Shown piece by piece: positions 62,563 through 64,000 of a stretch of 64,000 bases of DNA (position 1 is its first letter; every line of letters starts with the position of its first letter). This DNA comes from Octopus vulgaris. Its lineage: Eukaryota. Below the pieces are notes generated by a model that was not told the DNA's origin, did not search any database, and saw only the letters and a program-made list of their open reading frames with translations. The translations under genes and the position numbers were made by a program. The stretch covers positions 93,682,001 to 93,746,000 of the forward strand of contig OX597818.1 in NCBI GenBank assembly GCA_951406725.2. Reading direction: 5' to 3'.

Positions 62563-63499
62563 GTAATTATGTGTTATTTTTGTTATTATTAAGGTAGGGA
62601 GCTGGCAGAATTATTAGAGCATTGGAAAAACTGCTTGGCAGTATTTCTTTTGGCTCTTTCTATTCCGAGTTCAGCTCCATCTGACAACTACGCTTTCCAT
62701 TCCCCCATGATTTATAAAACAAAGTAACAGTCAAGTACTGTGGTTGATAGTATTCACTAACCTCTTTCTCCTCAAAATTATTGTGTCTTCATCAGAAGTC
62801 ATTATTAAGATGATGAATAGTAGATATGGTAGTGTCAGATTAAATACCTTGCAACATTTAGTTACATTAGTGTATGCTCCAAGTAGAGATCGCTCTTTTG
62901 TTTTTTCTTTCATTCCTCTAGGATTGGTATAGTTAGTTTAGGTTATGTATCAGTGTTGGAATATTTCACTATATCGCTTAACTTTCAATTAAAAACTTTT
63001 TATTATGTTTAGCTTATGAATCGACCTTGTACTAGTGTAAATCATATTATTTATTTTATATTATAATGAAGGCAGTTTGACTGGGTTTTTTTTTATTTTG
63101 TTAATTTGAACATAATTGTGGCATAGTGTCTTTATTTTGTTTTGTTTTTTTATTTTACAGTTGACAGGTTTTCGTATTATTAATTCAAGTGATGAGAGAT
63201 GTCTTTTTTTTTTTTATTAGATAAGCATATGCTGAGTTGTATGCCCTGCTAGAGAGCTGATCATGATAACTGTAGTTGTAATAAAGTTTTAACTCCTGGT
63301 CAGGCTGTGAAACATTGCATCAGTGGTGGCTCTTAACATGTCAGCCAGCCTGAAACCACTTTTGGTTCTGTAATGCATGCTTCTTGTTTTGAAGTGATCT
63401 AAATGAGAACTTACAATTAAAATTTCATGTTGATTTTTCTAAGCTTAATTATAACAGTTATTTTATTTCATTTGTCATATGTCAAAAGGATTAAGTATA

Positions 63500-64000
63500 T
63501 ATTGGGTCATCCCATAAATAATGCAGTTTTTTCAATTGCATGAACTAAAAGTTGGAGGGGGACAGGATAAATTACCGGCACCAACTTGCTATAAAAGCAG
63601 GTAGTAATTTTACTTTGTACTTATTCTTAGTGCAAATGTTGAAGAGTGCATTTACATTTTAACTTATTTTTTCAGAGCCATAATAGAAGTGATAAAGGAG
63701 CATATTTGGCATATTTTGCTTTATGAGTTCAATAAAGGCAACAATGGAAAGTGCAAGGAATATTAATGTAGTATATAGGGATCAGGCAATTAAGCCAGTG
63801 TCAATAGTGGTTCCAGAAATTCTGAGCTGGAAACTAGAGCCCAGAAGACGAGCCTCATCCTGGAAGATCTGTAGAGCTCGACAAGGACATCCTGCAAACC
63901 CTGGTGGAACAAACTCCCATTGTAACTATTGAGGAACTGGCAGAGAAGCTTAGATTTGGTTATTCAACCATTCTTCAACACCTGCATGCCATCGGATAAG
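63500..64000 (+). mobile_element. mariner transposon 5' part (defective, runs off window)
   Basis: TA|ttgggtcatcccataaataatgc terminus; EVIKEHIWHILLYEFNKG, ESARNINVVY, frameshifted HTH region. Confidence 0.82.

Overview
Eukaryotic, AT-rich, microsatellite-dense DNA that looks like a cephalopod (Octopus-type) genome; this assignment is inferred from recalled SINE and RTE repeat families. Most of the window is transposon debris: RTE, CR1/L2-like and HERO-like LINE fragments, tRNA-derived SINEs, Penelope-like pieces, a Helitron, Tc1/mariner relics and many MITEs. One hAT (Buster/Charlie-type) transposon at 18710-21588 is complete, with an intact 606-aa transposase, TIRs and a perfect 8-bp TSD. 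Two host genes sit head-to-head across about 500 bp near 41.1-41.6 kb. On the minus strand is an intronless 418-aa ORF with weak HEXIM-like segments. On the plus strand is a probable IFRD1/2-like gene: exon 1 encodes MPKGKRK, followed by a 20.8-kb intron and exon 2 at 62437-62562. Highlights: (1) a 42-codon uORF whose stop overlaps the IFRD-like start codon (TAATG); (2) several Penelope-type minimal hammerhead ribozyme motifs, one with a fully canonical core; (3) nested fold-back elements where one arm preserves the empty insertion site. Family names are from motif recognition by eye, not database searches, and repeat boundaries without TSDs are approximate.
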